Both the position numbers and the translations under genes were made by a program. From the human T2T-CHM13v2.0 reference genome, Homo sapiens, in the NCBI RefSeq assembly GCF_009914755.1, contig NC_060935.1: 64,000 nucleotides of DNA, one strand, 5' to 3'. How positions within the stretch are numbered: position 1 is the first letter of the stretch; each line of letters starts with the position of its first letter. The notes under the pieces were generated by a model, which did not search any database, was not told the origin of the DNA, and saw nothing but the letters and a program-made list of their open reading frames with translations. Positions 1 to 14,650 of the stretch are shown here, one piece after another.

Positions 1-1627
1 GGAGAAGGCCTCAGATGTTAATAAGATGTAACTTGTAGCAAGCAGAGACCATCGAGAGCTGCAAGTGTTAAAGCAAGGCAGCTTTAATCTCAGTTGCATT
101 GGGAGATATAAGACTTAAGCCTTGTGGCATTAATAGGATTCAAGAATTATACAAATATAAATACAGCCATTTTGACCTTTTGCTTATACAAACAAAACCT
201 ATTTTGTTTAGAATTTTAAAGGATCACTTTTCTCATGTCCTCAAATTTTTAGTCCTTAAGTCTGACGTGTGAGCAGGTACAAAATCCTCCTGGCTCCCTT
301 GTGAAATGGATAGGTAGCTGAGACATTTGTATTTATGCTTAGAAGAACTGAGATACCAAGCAGAAAGTGACAGCATAAATATTATTATGTCTACAATCCA
401 GGACAGTGCCAAAGAATACCTCAAAGATCAATGGCTATTGAGTCAAGGGAACATGGGACACAGGAATCTATTTCATTCTGCCCTGGAGAGAAACCAGGCA
501 AATGGAAAGCTACTCCCCATGCCTCCTCACCCACCATACACACAGCCCATGGAGTGCCACAGCATCTTGCCCTGCGTCTGTTTATTCCTGATGAGCAATA
601 AAGCATGGGCAACAAAGCAAACATTTATTTTACTTCTCCACTGTTATTTAAGTAATTGACCAAAGAATGTTGTGGGGTAAAATAACACTGAACCAAAAAG
701 TAGCCTTCAAGTTAGTGACTCCCCCTGCCATGCCCTGCCCAGGTCTTTCCCCAGAATTACATTTTCCCAACATGTAAGAGTAATGACATTTTTATGCTAA
801 GAATTCATCCTGGGAGAAAACACAGATTTTGACTAGCTATTTGGTATTCAAATATGTTATCATAACATGGTCTCATGTGAAAGTGAACTTAATATCTGAA
901 TTGATCATTTCAAAATTCCCAAATTCAAATTTAATGGTTTTTGTTTAAAAACAAAACAAAACAAACAAAAAAAAAACACTAGCTGGTAAACCAAGAACTA
1001 GTGGAATTTGTGAGAAACAGAGTGTCTCCTGAAAACAGCATGGAGATGAGGACTTCAGATTCCTGAGGTCCCTGGGAATGCAGATCCATTGATTTGAGAG
1101 TTCTCTGGAGGAGACTCCCACTCACCAGAGGGCAGCACTGCCACCAGCAAGTGGAAGGAGAGAAGGGAGAGAGAGACAGAGGAAAAAGAATTGGGATCCA
1201 GGTGGGCATGGACAGAGAGGCCAGGAACAATGGAAACAGATGATCATCGAAAGAAAGCATGTTCTCTAAGAAGGCCGAGCAATTCACACACCTCTGTTTA
1301 TCCAGCTCAGACTCTGTGACTGCAATACTTCTAGGCTCTCTGACAACAGCCAAAACGGGTGTCAGGAAATGCAGGATAGGCAAAACTATTTGCAAGGTGA
1401 AGACCTAAAGCAACCTTTCTTGGGCCCATTCCTAGAGTTTAGACTTCCTGTCGGGGAATAAAGTAACCCAAAATTTATGGAGAAGGCCCGGGACTTTCCA
1501 TTCAAGAACAATAGCATCTGTACCCGCATAAGCCATGGCAGCTGTTATTTGAAAGAATGCAGCCCTCATCACATTTCCATTGTCCTTCAACTCTATCCTC
1601 ATTCCCAGCTTTTGTTTATGTTCCTAC

Positions 1628-1772
1628 CTGAGACACAGTGTTCAAGACCAGTAGGAACTTCCTGAGTTGCCATCTCATCCCAAAAGGGGTAGCAAGGTCT
1701 TTGCTGGTGATAATTGGACTGGAAACCACAGTTCATTCGAGGATCTTCATAAGTGTTGCTAGGTCCTTGCCT
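1628..1772 (-). CDS. ETS1: ETS1 long isoform coding exon 3 (145 nt)
   Basis: Minus strand reads a pyrimidine tract ending ttgcacag|AGGCAAGGACC...TGTGTCTCAG|gtagga. It translates as RQGPSNTYEDPRMNCGFQSNYHQQRPCYPFWDEMATQEVPTGLEHCVS + 1 nt, matching my recall of the ETS1 isoform 1 N-terminus. Phase 0 start fits exon 2. Confidence 0.97.
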
Positions 1773-2439
1773 CTGTGCAAGAAAAAATAGAAGAAAATAT
1801 ATTAGGAGGAAAATCTCTGTTGTTTAGCCCTAAAGAACTATGACTTCATATTATCCAATCACATGTAAGTAAGAATCATCTATAGATGATGACAGAACAG
1901 AGCCAACTCTTGTTTTCTTCCCTTATCCCCCCACATAAAGACGCAGGGAACGAGAAGAATTTCTGACTCAGACTATGTATGAATTTATCTTCCTCCATTT
2001 CTTCAAGTGTTTAAGGACTACCTTTTCTGGCCTTCAAATAAGAACCCATGGTTAACAGCAGGGCCGAATGCTGACCATCTTGAATTTATACACTCCTGGC
2101 TTATTTTTAATGGTACCTTACTCTGTAAAAACGTCATGAAAGGATATTCTTACAAGGCTTACTCCACAACCATACAACAAGTAAATGATACATGCCAAAG
2201 GAAAAAAAAATGGACCTATGTAATAAAATTCACCTCATTTTTTGGTTAATCAGTGTGTATAGGCTTTAAATACATTGGTTGCTAGGCAGAAATTGTCCAT
2301 TTGCCCCAATTTTCGAAGACTTGTGCCACACTCTTAGTAATTTTATGAACTCCATAAAATATACAATCCCAATCTACATAGTACTCTCTAAGGAAGACAG
2401 ATGTGCTGTGTGGAAGGTCATGTTTTGCTGTGTTTAAAA

Positions 2440-2860
2440 CCCTAGGCTTTGAAGCCAGGTATACATAATTCAAATCCCAGCTCTATCACTTACCAACATG
2501 GAGCCTGGGCCTGTTCCTTAATCCAAACCTTAGTTCATGCAATTGTAAAATGAAAATAATAGAAACTGGAAACATGTACATATAGCTCTAGCTACTCGGG
2601 AGGCTAAGGCAAGAGGATCACTTGAGCCCAAGAGTTTGAGGCTCAGTCAGGGCAACATAGCAAGACCCAACCTCTAAAAATAAAGTGAAAGTAATAATAC
2701 TTACTTCATGAAGTAGGACGATTGAATGAAATAATGTATGAGAAAATTGTATATAAAGCAAATTAAAATATAAAATTGCATTTAATAAAACTATATATTG
2801 TATGAAATGCATGTGATAAGTATGTGAGGCCTGGTCTTCAATATAAGTTAGGCATTATTT
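2440..2860 (+). mobile_element. MIR interrupted by a FLAM (monomeric Alu, ~2575-2685)
   Basis: MIR core ttcaaatcccagctctatcacttac...tgtaaaatg; inner gctactcgggaggctaaggcaagaggatcacttgagccc...gggcaacatagcaagacc. Confidence 0.75.
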
Positions 2861-3686
2861 TAATTTAAGAGATCCTTAACATTCCTGGAAATGGCCACAT
2901 AGGTTAAAAACTAAGACACAAAAGGAAAAGTAGCAAATTCACAGAAAGAAGATTTCCTGAGACCAGGATTCTAATCGACACTGGCCCATCCTCAACTTTC
3001 TTTTTTTCTTTTTTATTATTACTCTCTTGGGTCCCTGCACCTTCATAAAAACCCCAACTAAGGAAACCAAACTCTGCTAGAATTTAATATGGTTAAATCT
3101 ATTGACATTAAGGTCTCAATAAAGGTAGCTCATAAGATGGTATTCTCACCCCTGAAGACTAGCTTGCAACTCCCAGAAAGATTCTCCAACTGGAGAACTT
3201 ACGTCTTCTCTTCTTCTGAGCATACAAGAATTCAGTACTACTATGTTAGATTCAGTTGCCCACTATCTGCTCCCTTTCCCAATTTGCAATGGCCCATTCA
3301 CTTAAGATCAGTAAAAATAACAGAAGAGAATATATTGACACAGAGAAAAATGACAATGAACCCAAAAGGCAGAAGAAGGTTCCATGCACATGATATTGGA
3401 CCTGGTGTTCTATAATATTCATAAAATCATTCAAATTAGAGCTGGACGAAGTTTACTTTGGGGCTGTTTATCTTCCAACTGCATTAAAGGTACTGAGGAT
3501 GTAAGTGGGACTCAGTGGAAATGTCACCAGTTGTGTTGCATCGAAGGCTAACATCCTTAGCCTGCTGTTGCCAGGGGCCTTGATGAGCACTGTGAAAATG
3601 TACAATGGCAGATTTGCCACCTATATGTGTGTGGGGCCAAGAGACAGGGGAACCATCAGCAAGAATACACTACTGAGCATCAGTCA

Positions 3687-4074
<388 letters not shown>

Positions 4075-5431
4075 TTAATGCTATATGCTCCTGAAGCAGC
4101 TACATTAAATACTTCTTTTGGATTCCCAACAATAAGCAGGTCTTTAACAAAACTTTGAAACTGAATCAGTTCAAAACACACTTCCTAGTCTTATAAATCA
4201 AGCCTTGTGCTCTCAATATCATCCTCATCTTTTTCATATTCCTTTAGAGCCTTTTTTCAAAATTTAATGTCAAGTATCAGAGTTGTAGGAATAGGGTCTT
4301 GAGTGAGAAAATTTTGATTCTAAATGCTGTGAAGAATTCTAAGTTACCCACATCTGTCTTCTTTTGGGACAGCATGCATGGTTTGCCAAAAACAAAAGAT
4401 CCTCGTAAAGTGGTAGTAGGTAGTTGGTTCTTTTAAGTAGGTAGACAGGTAGTTTGTTACAGGCCCTGCTAGGGTGGTGGGAACCTAAGAACCTGAATTC
4501 GGATTTAAAAGTTTGGGTTTTGTCTGCTAAAGAAAAGCCACTTGAAGGCAAGGTGACATTGGCAAAGAGGGGATGAAGAAAAGTGACCTGGGAACAATGT
4601 GCAGAGGACAGAGAAGGTAGATAATCGGTAAGTAGGTAGGGCACAAAATAATGTGGGTCCACACCTGGGTGATAACAGGGTAGCCATATTGTAGGTCAAC
4701 TCACAGGCTTTGAGTAACAACCATGCACAGAATCAGCTTGATTTTATGTGGTTGGTTTTTTTCCTGGAGTCTCTTCTGCCCACAGCTGGGCTCTTGGTCA
4801 ACACGTTTTTTATTTTATAAATGAAACCCTCTGTATATTTTTAAGGCATAGTTCCTCTGTAACTGTCCTCCGTGGAGCCACTGGATCCTATTTTTAAGAA
4901 TGAGAAGGCAATAATGTACAAAAACTACCATTAACCACGAGAATCTTTACCAGGGGATGCTCCTGAGAAGCCTTTCATGGTTTTGTTATCTAGACACCTG
5001 CCTGTTTATTAGACATTTCATGAACTGACTTAATAACTATTTCATAGAGTATGAAAATGATATTTTTACTCAAGAGAACAACATCACCAGTTCCAATTCA
5101 TTATGAAACTGCCTCAGTTGAGGAGAAAAAAAGCAGGTTATTAACAGGTCAGAAATCTGGGCAGCCCAGCCCCCACCTCATTGCTTGAAAAGATCACCAC
5201 ACCAAACAGGTCCCTGCTTATTGGGCCTCTTCATTGGCATCTTCCTTTCTTGGCTGCAACTGGAGATGAGTCAACAAGATGCAAGCAACACTCCCCATCT
5301 CTGCCACATGTTTAAGAAAACCATCTGACAGGTTCTCACTCACCCATCCCACAGGTGATTGCCGAAAGGACCTAACAAACATCACACATCTGTTCAGTGC
5401 CCCCTGGCACTCTGCATCAGAGATGGTCTCC

Positions 5432-5731
5432 TTTTTTTTTTTTTCTTTTGAGATAGAGTCTCACTTTGTTGCCCAGGTTGAAGTGCAGTGGCGCAATCTC
5501 GGCTCACTGCAACCTCCGCCTCCTGGCATCAAGTGATTCTCCTGCCTCAGCCTCCCAAGAACCTGGGATTAAAGGCATGTGCCACCATGCCCAGCTAATT
5601 TTTGTATTTTTAGTAGAGTCGGGGTTTTATCCTGTTGGCCAGGCTGGTCTCGAATTCCTGCCCTCAGGTAATCAGCCTGCCTCGGCCTCCCAAAATGCTG
5701 GGATTACAGGCATGAGCCACCGCGCCCGGCC
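5432..5731 (-). mobile_element. AluS full length
   Basis: Reverse-complement Alu with poly-T at left; flanking GAGATGGTC duplication. Confidence 0.95.
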
Positions 5732-6009
5732 GAGATGGTCACTTTTAATCCTCACAACAATCCTGCAAGATTAGTATTTTCATCTTCATTTTACAGAAGA
5801 GCAAACAGGTTTTAAGAGGTCAAGTAAATTTCCCAAGGCCATGCAGCTAATAAAACAATGGAGACAGAATTCTAACCCAAGTCTATTTGATTTCAGATTG
5901 TCTTTTCTGCTACGTGCACAACATGCAGCTTGCATGGCTTAAGTACAAATTGCTCAAGAATGGTGGTTACTGTTCCATAATAGGTACTTAATGAATTATG
6001 GCAATGTGC

Positions 6010-7430
6010 ATTCATGGACTAATATATTTGGTGCACCTAGTCTATGACAAGTATTATGTTAGATGCTAAGAATGTAATATAAGCAACAAATAAACCATGG
6101 CCTTAGGAGCGTACAGACAAGTAAACAGGAAATTACAGTGAGGGATGGGACAGAATTAAGTACCAATGTGTAGGGGGAGGGGAATAGCAGCAGGGAAGGC
6201 TTCCTGCAGGAAGCAGACTAAGGTAATAACTGTTAAGATTGAGTAAGATTTGCCCTGAAACATTTGATGAAGGGCCACATGAGCAAAAGAAGAGGAAGAT
6301 AATCCATCCAAAGGTAAAAAAGAACATATACAGCTATGTAAGGAGGAATAAGAAAGATTCAGGGAGGTGTTATAGAGAGAGAAAGACGGTGTTGTTTGGA
6401 GGTGACAAGCAGGAGGAAAAGGTATGCCCTTGGGCAATGAGGATGGTAGGAGTGGAGGGTAAGTAGTAAAACTTCAAGCCGGAGGGCAGGGTAAGACCAC
6501 AGTGTAGAGAGCCATGCAGGCCAAGCAGGAATCTGGCCTCAGGAGAGAGCCACTAGAGGCCATGCTAGAGGCCTGGGACATGGTGAAGCAATGCCTTCAA
6601 GAAAGACTCATTTGATGGTGCTGAGTAGGACAGACAGGGCAGGGCAAGAAGGCGAGGAGGCTGACACAGGTCAGGAGGAGAGCTTTGCTGAGCCACATTG
6701 GGAAAAATCAGTAATACTGATCTTGACTTTATTTAAAATTTTGATTTTTTTCATAATAATGTTTGCATTAATTCTGATTTTTCAAAGATATTACATTAAG
6801 ATATTATTCAACTTGATTACTGAGTTTGGGGGCACCCCATGCGGATGCCTCACTCACCTCACTGTAGTCCAGTTCTGAAGAAAGAGTTGGGCCATGGGTG
6901 TCGAGGGGAAGAGGAAATAAGAAATATTGGATGTGTTTTAAAGGAAAAATCGACATGATTTTATGACTGATTGGTCATAGGAGATGAAGAGAGGGAAATC
7001 CAAGATGCCACTTAGATTGCTTATGTTTATGCAGTGAAAATGGTGAATCTACGGGACGGACATAAATAAGGAGAGTGGAAGACAATGTTGCCTTTGGTTG
7101 AGTTCAGATGGAGTGAGGGCAACTTGGTGGAGGGTCTCTAAGGTGAATGCATGATGGGAGAAGGCAGGAAAGAGTCAAGCTAGACCTAGCAGCAAAAAGG
7201 ATGGAGGTAGAGCACAACTCAAGGAAAATGGCAGTCAGGACAATAAGGGAAAGAATTGAAAGTGGATCTGTAAAGCTGCTGACAGTTAAGAGGAGAAACA
7301 AGGGAGAAAAAGCACAAAGAAGTACTGGTTGAAGACGTAGGAGGAAAAACAAGCAAGTATACAGGATCATGGAAGCCAAGAGCAGAGCTTTAAGCACCAG
7401 GGGTGGTGAACAAGAGGCCACTAAGAAAAG
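6010..7430 (-). mobile_element. Degraded L2 fragments, with a probable MER96-like hAT insert at ~6660-6877
   Basis: L2 3'-end-like motifs (gcacctagtctatg...tgctaag) and purine-rich body; insert ends cactcacctcactgtagtccagttctg. Confidence 0.5.
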
Positions 7431-7439
7431 GGTGGTCTT

Positions 7440-7888
<449 letters not shown>

Positions 7889-10349
7889 CTACCAGAGGAC
7901 ATGAGCCCACAGCCTGAATGCTCCACCCATCTAATCCTGGGAATGAAATGAAGCCCCGGAAGCCTGGAAACTAGTTGGACAATGGACACACCTTGGTCCT
8001 GCTCTGCTCTGAGGTGAGCCAGCCCTAAAGCCACCACCTGGGCCGACCACCACCACCATTCCTGCAAGGAAGCACTCATTGGTTTGTGACCCTTCCCTAG
8101 CACCACTTCCCAGTGCTTCAAAGTCAGGAACTTGGATCTTGCTAGCCCATTCCCTCCTCCACTGCCCACAGTCATCTCCCTGGAACTGCCTATTCACCTG
8201 TCCCCTCCAGCCAGCCACATCTTAAAGCCATTCCTTTTGCTCATAGCTTTCCCTGTCTCCATGCCCCAAAGTCCCCAAAAATTGAAAAAAAAAAAAAAAG
8301 AATAGGAGAATATATTTTTACAACAGAAAATCATGAACATGAGGAGTCTGTGTCTGTGGAGTGGGTGATCTATTCTTTCGGTCTTCTGTCTTTAGCAGAA
8401 CAGTCTTCAATGTCCACATGCGATGAGTAACTCCCTAGTTGCTCACCTTCTGTATGTGTTACTTGGAGCCTAAACTCCATAGGAGCAAATCTGTCTTGTC
8501 TTTGCTTGACTTCAGAATCCTAGGGTTTAGCCTTAGTACAGGGTCATAAACATGTAAGACACTATACATATTTCTAGATGCTAGTGCTTTCTAAAAATAT
8601 TTTAAACCCAGAAGCAAGGCTGAGTCAACACTGGGTGGATGGGCACTATGATTTGCCACCATGGAAATAACTTTGTATTATTTTTCTAGGAATGTCATAG
8701 ATGCTCATGCACTTTAGCAGAAAGACACAAGACTAGAAATCAGGCAGCCTGGGTTCAAGTCCTGCTGTACATCTAAGGAGCTGTGTAACCTCTGGGCTAT
8801 TCCTTAACCTCTCTGAACCTTTGCTTCCTGAGGAGTTCGGCCTCCATGATCTCCAAGTTCCTTGCCAACTCTGTGTCATTTTTGCTGATCCATCCACATT
8901 CTTTCTCCTGACCTTACGACTGACAACCTTCATTGGATAAACAGCCACACCACGGTGGGCGAGCCTGCAGAGCCAAAAGTTATCGGAGGTATAATGTGGG
9001 TCTGTGACATACAATGTGCCCTTGAACTGCATGAAAGGTCTTACATTGTTTGTCTTCATTCTCTCCCGAAGCCCTGCTCCAACAGTTTTGTCACCATCTG
9101 CCCCACATTTCAGTAGAGAACAGTGAAGCTCAGTAAGAGTCTTGCTACTGAACAGTTATAGGGGCTCTCACCTGGCAGGTGCTCAATTAAAGTGTGTGCA
9201 ATACCTAGGCCATTTCTCTGCTTAAACCCTTCCTCCTGGTTGCATGTAGTTGCCCTTGTGCGACTCCATGCACTTCTGATAAAGTCTGGACTTCCTCATC
9301 CTCAGAAGACGCTTTAGCACCTCCGTACCCTCCCAACCACCCTACGGATAGGCTGTTTGGCAATGGTGAGGAACAGTTTTGGTCAGAGGGTATTTGGCCT
9401 CAGAAGGACATGGGCAAGGGCGTGGTTTCTGGGGCACATCTGTTCAGAGGGCACGTTTGTTCTGCTCCCTTGAGAGGTAAAAGGGAAGGAGGCAAACAGA
9501 ACCACTCCCCAGCTCTCCGGAGTTTGCTGATCAAGCCTGAGGGTGGTGAGGGGGTGCAGCCACCAGGAGAAGCAGGAACAGACAAAATAGGAAACTCTCA
9601 AAGGGCAATTTAATTTTAGACTCAAGGCCAGGAAATTCTTTTTAAAACAATAAGAGTAATGGGCTTGGGCCTTGGTGAAAGTGCAGGCCTGACACGCTGC
9701 AGGTTTCTGCAGAAAAAATTCTGAAGCACAGAGGGTTGTAGAGAAGGGGATGTCTAATTATGCTCTTAATGCAAAGCTGTGCTTAGCTTCCCTAGGGACC
9801 CCCTGGGGAAGCACACAAAGTCGGAGGTAGTGCAGCCAACACCAACACTACAACTCATACCAGCCTGAGACCAGGACAGCCTCCACTCACAGCCAACACT
9901 CGCTGAAACAGGCTGAAGGACGGGGAGGGGGTGGAACTTGAGACCACAGTCCTGGGGACCTGCAGTTGACACTCTCTTGCTGAGAGGTCTTAGGTGAGAG
10001 ACATTTTATTTGTAAGCTTCTAGATCTGCAGGTTTCAAGTTGCCCCTCGCTTAGCATGAAGCCTTCAGAAGCCCAGTGGTACCATGGGTGACAGCTTTAG
10101 GCATCTTGTGGTATGGAGATGGAGACTGAGGCTGACTCAAAACCTGGTTATGGACACGGTTGGTGGAACTTGCCATGGCCAGAAGACTATCCAGTAATTT
10201 CAATTTGCTCAGCAATCTACACAATGGAGTTTGGGTTTTTTGTTTTTTTTTGTTTTTTCCAGAATCAGGAAAAACTAATTTTTCATAAACAAGGCATACA
10301 AATACATGAATGAAAATACATTATAAGTTCTTACATATCACCAAATATC

Positions 10350-10352
10350 AAA

Positions 10353-10391
<39 letters not shown>

Positions 10392-10398
10392 AATAAAT
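10350..10398 (+). repeat. (TAAA)n microsatellite
   Basis: About 11 tandem TAAA units. Confidence 0.95.
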
Positions 10399-10413
10399 GT
10401 GTTTGTAAGGAGT

Positions 10414-10801
10414 TGTTATGGATGTGTTCCCCCAAATTTAGAAGTTGAAATGTAAAACACCAATGTGATAATATTAACAGGCGGAGGCATTATGAGGTGA
10501 GTAAGTTGTCAGGGCAAAGCCCTCAAGGATGGGACTAGGGCCCTTTAAAAGGACCTGAAGGAATGGGTTTGGCCTCTTCCCTCCCTTCCGCCACTGAGGA
10601 CACAGCGTTCATCCCCTCTAGAGAATGCAGCAGGAAGGGTCCATCTTGGAAGCTGAGACGGGACTCTCACCAGACACAGAGACTGCCAATGCCTTGATCT
10701 TGAACATTCCAGCATCCAGAACGGTGAGCAATAAATTTCTATTCTTTTTGAATTACCCAGTCTCAGGTATTTTGTTATAGCAGCACTAATGGACCAAGAC
10801 A
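10414..10801 (+). mobile_element. ERVL-MaLR solo LTR (MST family, MSTC/MSTD-like)
   Basis: TG...CA termini, 5-bp TSD GGAGT (10409-10413 / 10802-10806), AATAAA and the typical end ccagtctcaggtattttgttatagcagca. Confidence 0.9.
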
Positions 10802-11833
10802 GGAGTGCTATAACAAAATACCTGAGGAAACTCCAGTAATTCATTTAACCTCTTAGGATCTGAATTTCCTGATATTGCAAGATGGTCTTTACATTGTGGT
10901 CTGACTCTGAAATTCTCTAGCTTGTGATGATTGAACCTAGTAGCTTACAGAAGCCCCACAGTCCAAGATGCTGGAAAAATATAGGTTATTTTCTTCTTTC
11001 CTTCAATTTCTATGACAACCACTAAGAGTTATGAGCATAAATAATTTCCCTAAACATTATGTTTCAGCAGTCTCATTCCCACTTTGGTTTTAAATTTCTT
11101 TTTGTGGATTCCCACTTCTCTAGTACCAAATAATTTGTCCATTGCTCTCCAGGATTCCCAGAGAGAAGGAAAGGGTGTCTTCACTAGGCTTCATGGTAGC
11201 AAGCACAATCACTGCATAAGAAGTGCAGGGACAGCAGAGTGACCCTTCTGTGAACACATCCAATGACTGGAGTCCGGAGGCCTATGGGCTGGAAGTGAGT
11301 GTGCCAACAACCAGAGCCCTGGGTAAGAAGGGAACTGCATCGCAAGGAGGCCCAATTAAACTGCAATTACTCAAGATAAGAAAACGAGGTCTGTTTACAC
11401 AATGGGGTTGTAAACCACCGGCTGTGACAAGAGAACTTTGATCTGGTGGCAAGGGAGCTGTTTCTCATGCAGGGCAGTGATGAAACAAGGAGGTTTCCCA
11501 ATGAGGATGTCTCCATCTTCACCCCAGTAGCCCCATCTTCTTCTGGTAGCACCCTTGCATGGACAAGCGGAAATCCTCACCCCTTCCCAGCCCCAGTATC
11601 CACCTAACACAATCAAAAAGTGAAGAATAGAAAGAGATGAGATAGTGACTAAAAGGAAAAGAGAATTGATGGAGGTCATCTTTGTGGAGGCGCTTGACAA
11701 GCATGCTCTCACTGAACCGTCACAGTGACCTTCCACGTACCTTATACCATGCCTATTTTACAGATGAAGACACTGAGGTTCAGAGGAGGTAAGTAATTTG
11801 CCCAAGATCAAATAGCTAAAGAGTACCAGACAG

Positions 11834-12130
11834 GGCCGGGCGCAGTGGCTCACACCTGTAATCCCAGCACTTTGGGAGGCTAAGGTGGGCAGATCACGAG
11901 GTCAGGAGATCGAGACCATCCTGGCTAACACAGTGAAACCCCGTCTCTACTAAAAATACAAAAAATTAGCTGGGCACGGTGGTGGGCGCCTGTAGTCCCA
12001 GCTACTCAGGAGGCTGAGGCAGGAGAATGGCGTGAATCTGGGGGGCGGAGCCTGCTGTGAGCCGAGAGGGCGCCACTGCACTCCAGCCTGGGCGACAGAG
12101 CAAGACACCGTCTCAAAAAAAAAAAAAAAA
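11834..12130 (+). mobile_element. AluY inserted into a MIR (~11750-12200)
   Basis: AluY diagnostics gagatcgagaccatcctggctaacac and gaatggcgtgaa; TSD AAAGAGTACCAGA. Confidence 0.95.
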
Positions 12131-12927
12131 GAGTACCAGAGTACCAGACAGAATTTACTCCAGGTCTTTCTGATTCTAAAACCCAAGTGCTTTCCACTAG
12201 AATTTGGCTGGGACCCATTCCACAGCTGCCTGGACCAGGAGTAAAGGCTCTATCTCATGTCTGGTGTCAAGAAGACAGTGTAAGGTGCGTTGGCTTCTGC
12301 CTCACCAGAGGGCCTGAAGGTGGAAATAGAGTCCTGTGGATCAATCAACCAGTCGATCAATCAATTACGGAAGGAAGAAAGAAAATGTATAAAAGAGGAA
12401 TTGCCCAAAAGGTTTTGTGACAGGGAGCTGCTCTGAGGGCCGTGGTTAATTTGGAGCTCTTTTTCTGCAATGCACTTAGCTAAGCCTCATGGCAGGACTA
12501 CCCTCTATGCTGGTACCAACTAGAGATTCAGCTGACCCCCCAGGTACCCATGTCCCACTGGAACTGCACAGGAGGGACGGAGGCCAATGCCCAGAGCTGG
12601 CAATGACTGACAGCCTCCCTGGGGTCCCTCCCAAGGTGACATCCAGCATGAACTCAGGCTTATTTCCAGTGCCCTGTTCATTCAGTGCTCGTACGTCTGC
12701 AATACCCTTGATTTCACAATATTTTATTCTGTATAGTGAAAGAAATTAAGTGTCTAATAAATGGGATCCAATTTATACAACATTGAAGGCTTTCATGGCA
12801 TAAATTCACAAGTCAAAAAACAGTCTTTTGTTGGACAGTTTCTGAACCCCTGTTTTCATTGAAACAACATAGGGACCATGTTTTAAGAGAAACACATTTG
12901 ATTTAGGGAGAGTGAAAGAGTGGCAAG

Positions 12928-13265
12928 TTTTTTGTTTTTTGGGTTTTGTTTTTGTTTTTGTTTTTGTTTTTGTTTTTGTTTTGAGACAGAGTCTCACTCT
13001 GTTGCTCAGGCTGGAGTGCAGTGGCATGCTCTTGCCTCACTGCAACCTCTGCCTCCTGGGTTCAAGCGATTCTCCTGTCTCAGCCTCCTGCATAGCTGGA
13101 ATTACAGGCGTCCAATACCACACCCGGCTAATTTTTTGTATTTTTAGTAGAGACGGGGTTTTATCATGTTGGCCAGGCTGGTCTCGAACTCCTGACCTCA
13201 GGTAATCCACCTGTCTCGGCCTCCTAAAGTGCTGGGATTACAGGTGTGAACCACCGCGGCCAGCC
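12928..13265 (-). mobile_element. AluS with (TTTTTG)n tail
   Basis: Reverse-complement Alu whose tail has become a hexamer repeat. Confidence 0.95.
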
Positions 13266-14381
13266 AAGAGTGAGGAGTTTTTAATACAGTTACTTCACCC
13301 TCAAATTACCAGGAATGTCCCTTAAGCCCAGAGTCTTATCATAGGAAATTCTGGCACTTGGGGATATGTAGTTAGCCTCTTGGGCATAGGTGCCTTCCCT
13401 GAGGTGGAGCACAGTGGGCCACTCCTGCCCGAGCATGTTGTTCTATCTCCCAAAGTCTGTGGCTCTGGGAGGAGGTGAGTGGGCAGTTCCTTTCCTCTGT
13501 ACAGCCCAAGGTGTTTCCTAAAGCCCGCATGGCCAAAGGGGTCACTAGTCCCCCAGGAACTCCTCCGCACATCCTCCTTGCCGGTGAGACATCCCAGGCT
13601 GGGCCATGTTTAGTCAAAACTGAGAGCAGCCCAGCCCGCTCATTCCCGCCACTCTCAGCTGGGCCAGCACAGTGCTGTGAAGGGGAGAATGACGCATGAG
13701 AGGACAAAAGTACTGGGCTTGCAAGGGACTTCCAGGCTCACAGCGGGCTTGGGCTTGCAGAGGCAGCATAACAGGAAGGAGCACTTCCTCCCCATGGATG
13801 AAAGGGTCCCTGACACACAGCCCATAGAAGTACCTGGAAAGGTCATCCCTCCCACACAATGGCCAGACAACTTCCCAAAGTGTTGCTTCTCCACCTCCCC
13901 ACTGTGACACCACCTCATTCATTATGGCCTCCTGAAGGGCTGACCTTACGCATGGGGAAACCATGAGTCCTGCTTTTGAGAAACTGACGCTGAGGCAGAG
14001 AATGTGAATTCTGTGCAAAACCATGATTACCTGAGGCTGGCATGGATTTTAACCACTGTGGCTCCCATGGTTTCCAGGCATTCTTCCGCAGCAAATGACC
14101 AGATAACGTTAATGTGACCTCTAATTTACAAGCAAGGACTCCGAGACTTAGCTATCTTCAGGCGCAGAAAATACTGACATCCTATTTTCGAAGAGATTGT
14201 TTCTTGGCCAACTAATGCAGCATGCTAAGTAAGAGCCCCTCGGAGCAGGAACACAGTCTTACTTTCTTTTGTTAGATTTCCCTTTCTAAAGCAATAATTT
14301 ACTAGTAACCAAGACCTGCTTAGAGCAGTCTGTACACACAGTCCCATTCTGCTTTCAAGTTTGATCTGTGGCTACTCTAGA

Positions 14382-14592
14382 CCAGGTTTCTCAACGTCAG
14401 CACTATCAGAATTTGGGGATGGATAATTGTTTGTCATAGGAGGCTGTCTGGTGTACTAAAAGATGTTCAGTTACATCCCTGGCTTCTACTCTGATGCCAG
14501 GAGCACCTCCTAAATTTTAACAATGAGACACATCTCCAGGCATTGCCAAATATCCCTTTGGGGGACAAAAGCACCCCCTACTGAAAACCCCA
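14382..14592. mobile_element. MER20 (hAT-Charlie) relic
   Basis: caggtttctcaacgtcagcactat...catccctggcttctac...cattgccaaatatccc. Confidence 0.8.
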
Positions 14593-14648
14593 ATACTCTC
14601 ATGGTTTTCTTTTCACTCTGAATTTACCATACATGGGACAGAGTTTCT

Positions 14649-14650
<2 letters not shown>

